Made by a program: the position numbers and the translations under genes. The notes below the pieces were generated by a model. The model worked only from the letters and a program-made list of their open reading frames with translations, was not told where the DNA came from and made no database searches. Of a stretch of 64,000 nt of DNA, positions 37,516 to 47,543 are shown in pieces. Source of the stretch: Paludibacteraceae bacterium (GTDB lineage Bacteria > Bacteroidota > Bacteroidia > Bacteroidales > Paludibacteraceae); the NCBI GenBank assembly GCA_016292775.1, contig JAEDFN010000002.1, positions 2,908 through 66,907 on the forward strand. Reading direction: 5' to 3'. Positions within the stretch are counted from its first letter, which is position 1; each line of letters begins with the position of its first letter.

Positions 37516-40500
37516 TTGTACTTACGCCTAATGTTTTTTCTTCCAATACGTCGAGAAGCACTCTTACGGTTTCAAGAGAAGTAAAGATACTTACATTGTT
37601 CTCAACTGCACAACGGCGAATTTCGTATCCGTCGCGTGTTGTAGAACTGTGGTTTATATCGATAGTGTTTATTACGTAATTGATATGACCTTGACGTAGA
37701 GCATCAAATATTTCGGTGCTGCCTTCCGAGAGTTTGCTTCTACTACGAGTGCGTACGCCGTGTTTGCGTAAGAATTCGGCAGTACCGCGAGTTGCTTCTA
37801 TATTGAAACCTAAATCATAAAAACGTTTTATTAGCGGCAAAGCTCTCTCTTTGTCGGAGTCGGCAATAGTGGCAAGTAAAGTACCATAATTGGCAACTGT
37901 CATTCCGGAAGAACGAAGAGCTTTGTAAAGAGCACGTGTCAGTTTATTGTCATAGCCGATAGCCTCTCCGGTAGATTTCATTTCAGGAGATAGATAAGCA
38001 TCAATACCACGTATTTTTGAGAATGAGAAAGCAGGAGCTTTTACATACCATCTTTTTTTCTCGGCAGGATATACTTGAGTATAACCTTGCTCTTTTAATG
38101 ATCTGCCAAGAATTACTTCTGTGGCAATGTCTGCCATTTGGTATCCGGTGGCTTTACTTAAGAATGGAACCGTACGGCTTGAGCGTGGGTTTACCTCTAT
38201 TACATATACATCATCCTTCTCATCGGCAATGAATTGGATGTTATATAAACCAATAATTCCAATCTCTAAACCGAGACGTATTGTATAATCTATAATTCTA
38301 TCTTTAACGGTTTGAGAAACGGAGAAAGTAGGGTATACGGAGATAGAGTCTCCGGAGTGAATACCGGTTTTCTCTACGTGTTCCATAATGCCGGGGATGA
38401 AAACGTCTTTTCCATCGCAGATGGCATCAACTTCCAATTCTCTACCCATTATATATTTGTCTACCAATACAGGTTGGTCGACATTAATTTCTACTGCAGA
38501 TTGAAGGTAATGGCGTAAAGATTCTTCATTACTAACAATTTGCATTGCTCTACCTCCAAGAACGTATGAAGGGCGAACGAGTACGGGATAACCAATTTTT
38601 GCTGCCACTTTTACTCCGTCTTCGATGTTTGTAACGGCTTCTCCGTTAGGTTGTGGAATGCCGAGTGTAGTCATAATCTTTTCGAAAGAGTCTCTATTCT
38701 CAGCATTTTCTATCGCTTTTACATCGGTACCTATAATTGGTACATCCAGTTTGTGGAGTGGGTCCGCCAAGTTAATTGCTGTTTGTCCTCCTAACGACAC
38801 TACTATACCTTCCGGTTTTTCCAAATGAATAACATTCATAACATCTTCTACAGTAAGAGGTTCGAAGTAAAGTTTGTCGGAAGTAGTGTAGTCGGTAGAT
38901 ACTGTTTCCGGGTTGTTGTTGATGATGATAGCTTCGTAACCGGCGCGGCGTATCGACCAAATAGCGTGTACTGTAGAGTAGTCGAATTCTACACCTTGAC
39001 CGATTCGTATCGGGCCGGAACCAAGTACAATAATTTTCTTCTTGTCAGAAACTATACTTTCGTTTTCCGTTTCGTAAGTAGAATAGAAATAAGGAACATA
39101 AGAAGAGAATTCGCTGGCGCAAGTATCAATCATCTTGTAAACCGGGAAGATGTTGTTACGCTCGCGTAAACGGTATAGTTCAAACTCTGTAAGACCCCAA
39201 ATCTGAGCTATATATTTGTCGCTGAAGCCGAATTTTTTAGCATCTTTAAGTGTTGAGATGTCGTTTTTATTTGCTGCTAAGATTTTTTCAAATTCCACGA
39301 TATTTTTAAATTTTTCGAGGAAGAACATATCAATCTTAGTAGCATTATAAATCATACCGAGGTCTATTTTTAGACGTATCAGTTGTGCTATAGCATAAAG
39401 TCGATCATCAGTAGCGGTACGGATATAATCCAAGAGTTTGTCACTATCCCAATCATTGAATTTTTTGTGATATATATGGCAAACGCCGGTTTCGAGCGAA
39501 CGAACCGCTTTGAGGAGAGATTCTTCAATAGTTCTACCAACACTCATTACTTCACCTGTAGCTTTCATTTGAGTACCGAGAGTGTTTTGTGCATCGGCGA
39601 ATTTGTCAAATGGGAAACGGGCTATTTTTGTAACTACATAGTCCAAAGCAGGTTCGAAAGAAGCCGGAGTATTTGCAATTTGTATTTCATCGAGGTGCAG
39701 ACCAACGGCAATTTTTGCACTTACTCGGGCAATAGGGTATCCGCTTGCTTTAGAAGCCAATGCAGAAGAGCGGCTGACGCGAGGGTTTACCTCTATTAAA
39801 TAGTAGTTGAAAGAGAGAGGGTCGAGGGCGAATTGCACATTACATCCTCCCTCAATTTTTAATTCTCGTATTATTTTTAATGCCGAATCGCGAAGTAATT
39901 GGTACTCTTTGTTAGTGAGAGTTTGTGACGGGCACACTACTATAGAGTCTCCTGTATGTACGCCAACGGGGTCGATATTCTCCATATTACAAATGGTGAT
40001 TGCAGTGTCGTTGGCATCACGCATTACTTCATATTCTATCTCTTTAAAACCTTTTATACTTTTTTCTACGAGTACTTGATGGGTAGGGGATAGTGCAAGG
40101 GCGTGGCGCATAATGTCTTTTAGCTCTTCTTCATTGTCTGCAAAGCCACCTCCCGTTCCGCCAAGAGTAAAAGCGGGGCGCAACACTACCGGGTAACCGA
40201 TTTCTTCTGCGGCGGCAATGCCCTCTTTCATGTTATTTGCTATCATGGAAGGCAGAACCGGCTCTCCAAGACTTTGACAAAGTTCCTTAAAAAGCTCACG
40301 ATCTTCCGCGCGCTCTATACTCTCGAATGATGTGCCGAGAATCTCTACATCACACTCTTGTAGTACACCTTTTTTTGCCAATTGTACTGCAAGGTTTAAG
40401 CCTGTTTGACCTCCAAGTCCTGGAACAATAGCGTCAGGGCGTTCGTATCTGATAATTTTTGCTACATATTCCAAAGTCAGAGGTTCCATATAAACCTTGT

Positions 40501-40684
40501 CGGCAATGTGGGTGTCGGTCATAATAGTAGCCGGGTTTGAGTTAACAAGGATAACCTCATAACCTTCTTCACGTAAAGCCAAGCATGCTTGTGTACCTGC
40601 ATAGTCAAATTCCGCTGCTTGACCAATCACTATCGGTCCGGAACCGATAACCATGATTTTCTTTATATCTGTTCTTTTTGGCAT
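37502..40684 (-). CDS. carB: Carbamoyl-phosphate synthase large subunit
   Basis: 1060 aa. Duplicated ATP-grasp halves ([19 protein letters not shown] / [19 protein letters not shown]) and an MGS-like C-terminal domain. Confidence 0.98.
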   Translation of the reverse strand: MPKRTDIKKIMVIGSGPIVIGQAAEFDYAGTQACLALREEGYEVILVNSNPATIMTDTHIADKVYMEPLTLEYVAKIIRYERPDAIVPGLGGQTGLNLAVQLAKKGVLQECDVEILGTSFESIERAEDRELFKELCQSLGEPVLPSMIANNMKEGIAAAEEIGYPVVLRPAFTLGGTGGGFADNEEELKDIMRHALALSPTHQVLVEKSIKGFKEIEYEVMRDANDTAITICNMENIDPVGVHTGDSIVVCPSQTLTNKEYQLLRDSALKIIRELKIEGGCNVQFALDPLSFNYYLIEVNPRVSRSSALASKASGYPIARVSAKIAVGLHLDEIQIANTPASFEPALDYVVTKIARFPFDKFADAQNTLGTQMKATGEVMSVGRTIEESLLKAVRSLETGVCHIYHKKFNDWDSDKLLDYIRTATDDRLYAIAQLIRLKIDLGMIYNATKIDMFFLEKFKNIVEFEKILAANKNDISTLKDAKKFGFSDKYIAQIWGLTEFELYRLRERNNIFPVYKMIDTCASEFSSYVPYFYSTYETENESIVSDKKKIIVLGSGPIRIGQGVEFDYSTVHAIWSIRRAGYEAIIINNNPETVSTDYTTSDKLYFEPLTVEDVMNVIHLEKPEGIVVSLGGQTAINLADPLHKLDVPIIGTDVKAIENAENRDSFEKIMTTLGIPQPNGEAVTNIEDGVKVAAKIGYPVLVRPSYVLGGRAMQIVSNEESLRHYLQSAVEINVDQPVLVDKYIMGRELEVDAICDGKDVFIPGIMEHVEKTGIHSGDSISVYPTFSVSQTVKDRIIDYTIRLGLEIGIIGLYNIQFIADEKDDVYVIEVNPRSSRTVPFLSKATGYQMADIATEVILGRSLKEQGYTQVYPAEKKRWYVKAPAFSFSKIRGIDAYLSPEMKSTGEAIGYDNKLTRALYKALRSSGMTVANYGTLLATIADSDKERALPLIKRFYDLGFNIEATRGTAEFLRKHGVRTRSRSKLSEGSTEIFDALRQGHINYVINTIDINHSSTTRDGYEIRRCAVENNVSIFTSLETVRVLLDVLEEKTLGVSTIDAE

Positions 40685-40689
40685 ATCTA

Positions 40690-41775
40690 TTATCTTTTGT
40701 TTTTCATTAGGTTGATAAATTTATCGAATAAGTAAGCACTATCTTGAGGACCCGGTGCACTTTCCGGGTGATATTGTACGGAGAATATGCGGTCTTTTAC
40801 ACTCTCAACACCTTCTATTGTGTTGTCTAATAGGTTTATATGAGTAGTAGTAAGACCGGTGCCTTCCAATGATTTTGCGTCAACTGCGTATGAGTGATTT
40901 TGAGAAGTAATCTCTAATTTTCCGGTTTCTAAATTTTTTACCGGGTGGTTACCGCCTCTGTGTCCGAATTTTAATTTGTAAGTTTTTGCTCCATAAGCTA
41001 GGGAGATGATTTGGTGACCCAAGCAGATGCCGAAAATAGGTAGTTTGCCATGTAACTGTTTTACAATTTCAATCACTTGAGGTACATCGGTAGGGTCTCC
41101 GGGACCGTTTGATAGGAAAATACCATCGGGTTGAAATGCCAAGATGTCTTCTATTGAAGTGTTGTAAGGCACCACGGTAACATTACAATTGCGGTTGTTC
41201 AAACTTCTGATAATGTTATACTTTATGCCACAATCTATGGCTACAACATCGTATTTGTGATTTGGAGTACGAGAAAACCAACGTTTCTTACAGCTTACTC
41301 TGGCTACTTGATTGCGAGTAATCGGTTGTTCTGCAATGCGTTTCAGTGCTTCCTCTTTCGATACAGAGATGTCGGTGATAATTACGCGCTGAGAACCTTC
41401 CGACCTGATGATTCTTGTAATTTGGCGGGTATCGACGCCACTTATACCCGGGATGTTGTGTTCTTCAAGTACTTCACTTAATGTTTTTGTGTAACGGAAA
41501 TTAGATGGTACATCGTTGTATTCTCTTACAATAAGGCCACCTAAAGTTGGAAATTTTGTTTCGTAATCTTCGTCAGTAATACCATAGTTACCGATAAGGG
41601 GGTACGTCATTACCACCATTTGATCCGTATACGAAGGGTCTGACATAATTTCTTGATATCCAACCATTGAAGTGTTGAATACTATTTCGTTAATAGCTTC
41701 GATATCTGCCCCAAAGCCATAACCGAAAAATTCATTTCCGTTTTCAAGTACAATCTTTTTGTTATATGGTATCAT
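40690..41775 (-). CDS. carA: Carbamoyl-phosphate synthase small (glutaminase) subunit
   Basis: 361 aa. GICLGHQ nucleophile elbow and HPE catalytic His region. Confidence 0.97.
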   Translation of the reverse strand: MIPYNKKIVLENGNEFFGYGFGADIEAINEIVFNTSMVGYQEIMSDPSYTDQMVVMTYPLIGNYGITDEDYETKFPTLGGLIVREYNDVPSNFRYTKTLSEVLEEHNIPGISGVDTRQITRIIRSEGSQRVIITDISVSKEEALKRIAEQPITRNQVARVSCKKRWFSRTPNHKYDVVAIDCGIKYNIIRSLNNRNCNVTVVPYNTSIEDILAFQPDGIFLSNGPGDPTDVPQVIEIVKQLHGKLPIFGICLGHQIISLAYGAKTYKLKFGHRGGNHPVKNLETGKLEITSQNHSYAVDAKSLEGTGLTTTHINLLDNTIEGVESVKDRIFSVQYHPESAPGPQDSAYLFDKFINLMKNKR

Positions 41776-41825
41776 ATTCTTGATTAATTTATTTTCGTGT
41801 TTTATAGCATTATATATGAAAAAAA

Positions 41826-41853
41826 GGTAACTATTCTAAGAAAAATAGTTACC
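41826..41853 (-). terminator. Intrinsic terminator inside the carA 5' leader (candidate attenuator)
   Basis: Minus strand: 10-bp stem GGTAACTATT / AATAGTTACC with an 8-nt loop, followed immediately by T7 (41825-41819). About 43 nt upstream of the carA ATG. Confidence 0.6.
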
Positions 41854-41857
41854 CTTT

Positions 41858-41953
41858 TTATTGATTATCCAATAAAAAAACTTTGTATTGCTGTGATTTA
41901 CAATATATGTTATATGCTTGTTTTATTTTTTCGTTAATAGGCATACTCCGCAT
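41858..41953 (-). CDS. Candidate leader peptide of the pyr operon (31 codons: MRSMPINEKIKQAYNIYCKSQQYKVFLLDNQ)
   Basis: Translated by hand. ATG at 41953, with a second in-frame ATG at 41944. TAA at 41860-41858, 4 nt before the terminator stem. Contains a U7 run (GUU UUU UUA). Could be a chance ORF. Confidence 0.3.
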   Translation of the reverse strand: MRSMPINEKIKQAYNIYCKSQQYKVFLLDNQ

Positions 41954-41966
41954 GTTTTTATCTTTG

Positions 41967-41974
41967 CAAAGGTA
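41967..41974 (-). promoter_or_regulatory. Candidate -7 box (TACCTTTG) for the carA-pyrB operon
   Basis: Minus-strand TACCTTTG. It forms a palindrome with a + strand TATCTTTG (41959-41966). Confidence 0.4.
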
Positions 41975-42235
41975 GTGATTTTTATTTATATAGCAAACTA
42001 TTTTTTTAATAAAATATCTATTAATTACAATATGTATTCAGTGTGTTAATTTTTTATTGATAGGTTTCCCGAAATAATACTTTATTTGCGACAGTTTTAT
42101 ACATATATTATCCGTGTAAATTGTTGTTTTTTTACCGACGGTTTTTATTTTTGGTGTAAATAGGAGATTTTTTATGTAAGATATTTTTGTTGAAAATAAA
42201 TGTGGAAATATTTTTATTAAATAAAAAATAATTAT

Positions 42236-42243
42236 TATCTTTG
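42236..42243 (+). promoter_or_regulatory. Candidate -7 box (TATCTTTG) for the upxY-led polysaccharide locus
   Basis: TATCTTTG about 80 nt upstream of the upxY-like ATG. Confidence 0.45.
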
Positions 42244-42323
42244 CAGTGGGGTAGAAACGTAAATTTTTCTTGTGTAAAAGCGGACTTATTTTTGTGATTA
42301 CTTAATTGAAATGATTATTTATT

Positions 42324-42896
42324 ATGTCTTCTGATACAATGAATTACGATACGGATAAAATAAAGGATGGGTCGGTGAAGGCTTGGTTTGTTATGAATAT
42401 GTACACAAAAAGTTTAGCCAAAGTTGAATATTCTTTAGAAATGTCCGGATTGAAATATTTTGTTGCAAGATGTAATAAACTTAAGAAATGTGGTGGTAAA
42501 ACTTTGAAAGTACGTAAAAACATTATTCCCGGGATTTTTTTTATTTACGCCACATATCAAGAGGTTCAATGTTTTCAAAGCATGTATGATTTCTTGGGTT
42601 TTGCCACTTATCGATTGAATGGGAGAAGGTTAATTATGAAAGTACCCGCCAATGAGATGAATAATTTTATTTCATTTGTAGATAATTGTAACTCTGAGAT
42701 TAACTTTTTTCGTCCTGATGAAATTACCCTCGAAAAGGGTACTAAAGTAAGACTTACCGGAGGAGATATGGATGGGGTGGAATGTTACCTAACCCGTTTT
42801 AAAGGAAAAAGAAAAAAAATATTGGCTGTATCTATTCCCTCATTAGGTACTTTTACTACAGTATTCGTGCAACCTGATTTTGTGGAAATAATATGA
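42324..42896 (+). CDS. UpxY-family (NusG/RfaH-like) transcription antiterminator
   Basis: 190 aa. NGN-like N-terminus (WFVMNMY...PGIFFIYAT) and a KOW-like segment (GTKVRLTGGDMDGVECYL). First gene of a polysaccharide locus, as in Bacteroides CPS loci. Confidence 0.75.
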   Translation: MSSDTMNYDTDKIKDGSVKAWFVMNMYTKSLAKVEYSLEMSGLKYFVARCNKLKKCGGKTLKVRKNIIPGIFFIYATYQEVQCFQSMYDFLGFATYRLNGRRLIMKVPANEMNNFISFVDNCNSEINFFRPDEITLEKGTKVRLTGGDMDGVECYLTRFKGKRKKILAVSIPSLGTFTTVFVQPDFVEII

Positions 42897-42915
42897 TTTT
42901 ATTGTTTAGATAATT

Positions 42916-43734
42916 ATGAAATTAAAGTTTTTGTTAGTTCTTTTTGTAGCGACTTCCGTTGTTTCTTGTGGAAGTATAAAAGAAATTCCCTATTTTCAAA
43001 ATATGGAGTCAGGAGATACCATCAGTCTGACTGAAAACCAAGTAGTGCGTACTCAGCCAAACGACCAGCTATCTATACTCGTAAATAGTAAAGATCCGAT
43101 GTTGGCCGACTTGTTTAATTTGCCTGTCGGGCAGAGAAGGGTAGGGAGCAATAATGGAAATGGGTCGGCATATTCTCAATATATCTCTTGTTATACTATT
43201 GATGAAAAAGGAGAAATAGATTTTCCGGTTATCGGTAAAATTAATATTTCCGGCAAGACTCGTGGTGAAGTTGCCGAATGTATCAAGCAAGAATTGATAA
43301 AACGGAATTTGATTAACGACCCTACAATTACCGTTGAGTTCGTAAATCACTATATTTCAATTTTAGGAGAAGTAAAAACCCCCGGTAAATATATGCTTAG
43401 CAGGGATAATACTACAATTCTTGACGCTATAGGTATGGCAGGTGATTTGACAATCTATGGCCTTAGAAATTCTATTAAAGTATTGCGCACCGAAGGAAAT
43501 CAACAAAAAGTATATACCATTAACCTTTGTGATGGAGAGTCGCTTGTGAAATCTCCGGTCTATTTTATTCAACAAAACGATGTGATTTATGTTGAGCCGA
43601 ACAAATATAGATCTCGACAATCAACAGTAAACGCAAATAATGTCAGGTCTACTTCTTTCTGGATTTCTTTGGCATCGTTAGCAACTTCTATTATGAGTAC
43701 TATAGTAGTTGTTCTCTCTTATTCAAGTAAATAA
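42916..43734 (+). CDS. Polysaccharide export outer-membrane protein (Wza/BexD-like)
   Basis: 272 aa. Lipobox VVSC, a Poly_export-type segment (DFPVIGKINISGKT), an SLBB-like segment and a C-terminal hydrophobic helix. Confidence 0.88.
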   Translation: MKLKFLLVLFVATSVVSCGSIKEIPYFQNMESGDTISLTENQVVRTQPNDQLSILVNSKDPMLADLFNLPVGQRRVGSNNGNGSAYSQYISCYTIDEKGEIDFPVIGKINISGKTRGEVAECIKQELIKRNLINDPTITVEFVNHYISILGEVKTPGKYMLSRDNTTILDAIGMAGDLTIYGLRNSIKVLRTEGNQQKVYTINLCDGESLVKSPVYFIQQNDVIYVEPNKYRSRQSTVNANNVRSTSFWISLASLATSIMSTIVVVLSYSSK

Positions 43735-43764
43735 ATACAGTTTAAATGATTAATATTATTAAAT

Positions 43765-46143
43765 ATGTCGGAAGTGGAAAATAAATCAAATATTCAAAAC
43801 GAGCAATCGGATTTATTTCAGATAAAAGAATTTTTGTTCATTTGCTTGGAACATTGGAAATGGTTTGTAGTTTCTGTTGTTCTATGTCTGATGTTTGCTT
43901 TTTTTTATATCGTAGTTAAGCAACCTATATATGAGCGTAATGCTTCGTTGATGATAAAAGACGATGTTGCAGGGGGCTCTTCTTTTATGTCCGAAGCAAA
44001 TACTTTTGCCGATATGGGGCTGTTTTCTATGAAGAGTAACGTGCATAACGAGTTGATTTGTATACAATCTCCGGCATTAATCCTCGATGTGGTAAAACGG
44101 TTGAATTTAGATATGAATTACGTAGAGAAAGGTATTATTTCAAAACGTACTTTGTATGGTAATACATTGCCTGTGAGTGTGAAAATTGTTGGCCTCAATG
44201 ATAGGGACGGTTGCTCTTTTACTATGAATGTTTTAGACAATAAGGTAACTCTATCCGAATTTCATTTGAATGAAGCCGAATTTAACGAGACTATCACTGC
44301 AAATATCGGTGATTCTATCTCAACCCCTATCGGAAAAATTATTCTTATTCCCGGTACTGTAGTTGATGTAGAACACCAAAGAGAAATTTTTGTTTCGAGA
44401 AGTAGCCTTATATCTGCTATAAATGGTTGTTCCTCTAAATTTTCTGCAGCAATCGCTGATAAACAGTCTTCCGTTATCAATTTAACATATAAAGATGTAT
44501 CACTGCAACGAGCAGAAGACTTTTTGAATACATTGATAGCCGTTTATAACGAGAATTGGATTAGAGATAAAAATCAGATTGCATTAAGTACATCCCGTTT
44601 CATTAACGAGAGATTAACAGTTATAGAAAAAGAGCTTAGCGATGTAGATGGTGCCATCTCAGAATTTAAAAGTAAAAACCTTATAACCGATGTCAATGCC
44701 ATTAGCAATATGTATATCAGTAGGTCGGAAGCGGCTAACAGCCAACTTCTTGATTTAAACAATCAATTATACATTGCTAAATATATAAAGAATTTTCTTG
44801 CATCTAAAGGAGATGTTTTGGAGTTGCTCCCTGCTATTACCGGTATCAGTAGCGGTACTATAGAAAATCAGATAGCGGAGTATAACACAAAATTACTTCA
44901 ACGCAATAGTATTTTGGCAAACAGTAGCGAGTTAAACCCTATTGTTGTGGACTATAATAATTCATTGAAATTGATGCAAGATGCAATTTTGGTGTCAATA
45001 GATAATCAAATTTCAGCAATAGAAGCACAAATAAAAGGTTATAAAGATAGTGATGCTAAAAATAGAGACCAAATTGCATCTAATCCTACTCAAGCACAGG
45101 TACTTATTTCTATCGAGCGAGAACAAAAAGTAAAAGAGGCTCTTTATATTTATTTGCTTCAAAAGAGAGAAGAGAATCAATTATCTCAAGCTTTTACAGC
45201 CTATAACACCCGAATAATCACTCCTCCTATGGGCGGTAATATTCCTATTTCTCCGGTTAAAAGAAATATCTTATTGATAGCCTTCTTCTTGGGAATATGT
45301 ATTCCTGCCGGTATAATATACTTATTCTTTGTTATGAATGGTAAAGTTAAGAATATTAAGGATATAGAAATGCTTACAGCGCCATTTGCAGGAGAGATTC
45401 CACTTTGTCTTCCAAAAAAGAAATTTGGATTATTTGAGAAAAAACAACATCAAATTTCATTATCTATTTTGGTGGAAAACAATTCAAGAAACGTTGTTAA
45501 TGAGGCTTTCCGTATGTTGCGTACGAATGTCGAATTCCTTCTTGGTAGAGATAAAAAATCCAAAGTAATAATGGTAACTTCGCTTAAAGCAAATTCCGGA
45601 AAAAGTTTTATCACAGCTAATTTAGCAAAATCTTTCTCTGTTAAGGGATTAAAAGTTGTTGTCGTAGACCTCGATTTACGACATGCTTCCGCTTCTGAGT
45701 TAGTGCCTCATACAGATTCCGGTGTGTCCGGTTATCTTAGCGAATATATCAATAATATCGACGATATTACATATCCTGTTTCCGAAAATTATGATTTAAT
45801 TCCGGTTGGTATAAAACCACCAAACCCTGTAGAACTGTTACAATCGGAAAAATTAAATATTTTGCTGACAGAGTTGAAAGAAAAATATGACCTTGTATTC
45901 GTTGATGTACCACCAATCAATATTGTAGCTGATACGTCAGTAATCGCACCTTATGTAGATTTCTCCTTGTTTATTGTCAGAGTTGGTTTGTGCCAAAAAG
46001 ATGAACTTCCTATTATCGAGGAAATTTATCGAGATAATAAACTCAATAATATGTCGATTTGCCTAAATGCTTCAGTGATAAACTCTCGCTATCATTACGG
46101 TAAATATGGATATTACCATGAGAAAAATTATTATGAAAAATAG
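43765..46143 (+). CDS. Wzc-like polysaccharide co-polymerase / BY-tyrosine kinase
   Basis: 792 aa. Two TM segments flank a coiled-coil periplasmic domain. Walker A SLKANSGKS, Walker A' VVVDLDLR, Walker B LVFVDVPP. C-terminal Tyr cluster YHYGKYGYYHEKNYY. Confidence 0.9.
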   Translation: MSEVENKSNIQNEQSDLFQIKEFLFICLEHWKWFVVSVVLCLMFAFFYIVVKQPIYERNASLMIKDDVAGGSSFMSEANTFADMGLFSMKSNVHNELICIQSPALILDVVKRLNLDMNYVEKGIISKRTLYGNTLPVSVKIVGLNDRDGCSFTMNVLDNKVTLSEFHLNEAEFNETITANIGDSISTPIGKIILIPGTVVDVEHQREIFVSRSSLISAINGCSSKFSAAIADKQSSVINLTYKDVSLQRAEDFLNTLIAVYNENWIRDKNQIALSTSRFINERLTVIEKELSDVDGAISEFKSKNLITDVNAISNMYISRSEAANSQLLDLNNQLYIAKYIKNFLASKGDVLELLPAITGISSGTIENQIAEYNTKLLQRNSILANSSELNPIVVDYNNSLKLMQDAILVSIDNQISAIEAQIKGYKDSDAKNRDQIASNPTQAQVLISIEREQKVKEALYIYLLQKREENQLSQAFTAYNTRIITPPMGGNIPISPVKRNILLIAFFLGICIPAGIIYLFFVMNGKVKNIKDIEMLTAPFAGEIPLCLPKKKFGLFEKKQHQISLSILVENNSRNVVNEAFRMLRTNVEFLLGRDKKSKVIMVTSLKANSGKSFITANLAKSFSVKGLKVVVVDLDLRHASASELVPHTDSGVSGYLSEYINNIDDITYPVSENYDLIPVGIKPPNPVELLQSEKLNILLTELKEKYDLVFVDVPPINIVADTSVIAPYVDFSLFIVRVGLCQKDELPIIEEIYRDNKLNNMSICLNASVINSRYHYGKYGYYHEKNYYEK

Positions 46144-46172
46144 AAATGTATTACTCTTTTAATTATTAAATT

Positions 46173-47480
46173 ATGAAGATAGCAGTAGCAGGTACCGGCT
46201 ATGTAGGTATGAGTATTTCTACATTGTTGGCACAACATAATCAAGTGGTTGCAGTAGATGTAGTTCCGGAAAAAGTAGACCTTATCAATAACCGTAAGTC
46301 ACCTATTCAAGATGATTATATAGAGAAATATCTAGCCGAAAAAGAGTTGAATTTGATAGCTACTTTGGATGGCGCCAAGGCTTATGCCGACGCAGAATTT
46401 GTGATTATTGCAGCTCCTACTAATTACGACCCTGTAAAAAATTATTTCGATACTCATCATATCGAAGAGGTTATTGATTTGGTGTTGAGCGTGAACCCAA
46501 ATGCAGTAATGATTATTAAATCAACAATCCCGGTTGGTTACTGCCGTAGTTTATATCTCAAATATTATAACAAAGGAGTAAAAAAATTTAATTTGCTCTT
46601 CTCTCCGGAATTTTTACGAGAGAGTAAAGCTCTATATGATAATCTATATCCGAGTAGAATAATAGTAGGATGCCCTAAATTAATTGATGAAGAAGAGTTT
46701 AACGAAGAGAATAATGCTATAAAATCATTGGCGGATATAGACTTTTTAAATAAACAAGCCCATGTTTTTGCCGAGTTGTTACAGCAAGGGGCTATAGCAA
46801 CAGATATTCCCGTGCTATATATGGGGATGAAAGAGGCCGAAGCAGTGAAACTTTTTGCTAATACTTATCTCGCATTAAGGGTTAGTTATTTTAACGAATT
46901 GGATACTTATGCAGAGGTTAAAGGTCTTGATGCTAAAGCTATTATTCAAGGTGTGGGGCTCGACCCTCGTATCGGTACTCACTATAATAACCCTAGTTTC
47001 GGATATGGTGGCTATTGCCTTCCAAAAGATACAAAGCAGCTATTGGCAAATTACCAAGATGTACCTCAAAATATGATGTCTGCAATAGTTGAAAGTAATC
47101 GTACACGAAAGGATTTTATTGCAGATCAAGTGTTGCGTAAGGCAGGTTATTATGGTTATTCTGATGATAACAATTTCTCGGAAAATATAGAAAAAGAGTG
47201 CGTTGTAGGTGTATATCGCCTTACAATGAAGTCGAATAGTGATAATTTCCGTCAATCATCTATCCAAGGCGTGATGAAGAGAATAAAAGCCAAAGGTGCC
47301 AAAGTAATAATTTACGAACCTACCCTTGAAAATGGCTCTTCTTTCTTCGGAAGTATTGTTGTTAACGATATCGACCAATTCAAGACATTAAGTCATGCAA
47401 TTATCGCAAATAGATACGATTCTATTTTGGATGATGTAAAAGAAAAAGTATATACTCGTGATATTTTCCGTCGTGATTAA
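46173..47480 (+). CDS. ugd: UDP-glucose 6-dehydrogenase
   Basis: 435 aa. [14 protein letters not shown] Rossmann start and [10 protein letters not shown] catalytic Cys motif. Confidence 0.93.
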   Translation: MKIAVAGTGYVGMSISTLLAQHNQVVAVDVVPEKVDLINNRKSPIQDDYIEKYLAEKELNLIATLDGAKAYADAEFVIIAAPTNYDPVKNYFDTHHIEEVIDLVLSVNPNAVMIIKSTIPVGYCRSLYLKYYNKGVKKFNLLFSPEFLRESKALYDNLYPSRIIVGCPKLIDEEEFNEENNAIKSLADIDFLNKQAHVFAELLQQGAIATDIPVLYMGMKEAEAVKLFANTYLALRVSYFNELDTYAEVKGLDAKAIIQGVGLDPRIGTHYNNPSFGYGGYCLPKDTKQLLANYQDVPQNMMSAIVESNRTRKDFIADQVLRKAGYYGYSDDNNFSENIEKECVVGVYRLTMKSNSDNFRQSSIQGVMKRIKAKGAKVIIYEPTLENGSSFFGSIVVNDIDQFKTLSHAIIANRYDSILDDVKEKVYTRDIFRRD

Positions 47481-47543
47481 TAGTTAATCACATATAATAT
47501 ATATTGATATTCTTTTAGTCTATAATTATAAAAATTCCTCACT

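Noticed and set aside
37079-37531. 150-aa + strand ORF opposite pyrK/carB. Similar long antisense ORFs occur at 54831-55277 (opposite fmt), 52754-53197 (opposite pdxJ), 16899-17285 (opposite the EEP gene), 12215-12598 (opposite the TonB receptor), 39383-39799 and 38825-39169 (opposite carB), 58397-58786 (opposite purL) and 31786-32133 (opposite an FKBP gene).
   Set aside because: All of them lie fully within, and antisense to, genes with unmistakable conserved motifs. They are shadow ORFs with no independent support.
41776-42323. Invertible (phase-variable) promoter for the upxY locus, as in Bacteroides fragilis CPS loci
   Set aside because: I found no pair of flanking inverted repeats of the ARACGTWCGT type. 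The only candidate is a single weak half-match near 42254. No serine or tyrosine recombinase gene lies nearby.
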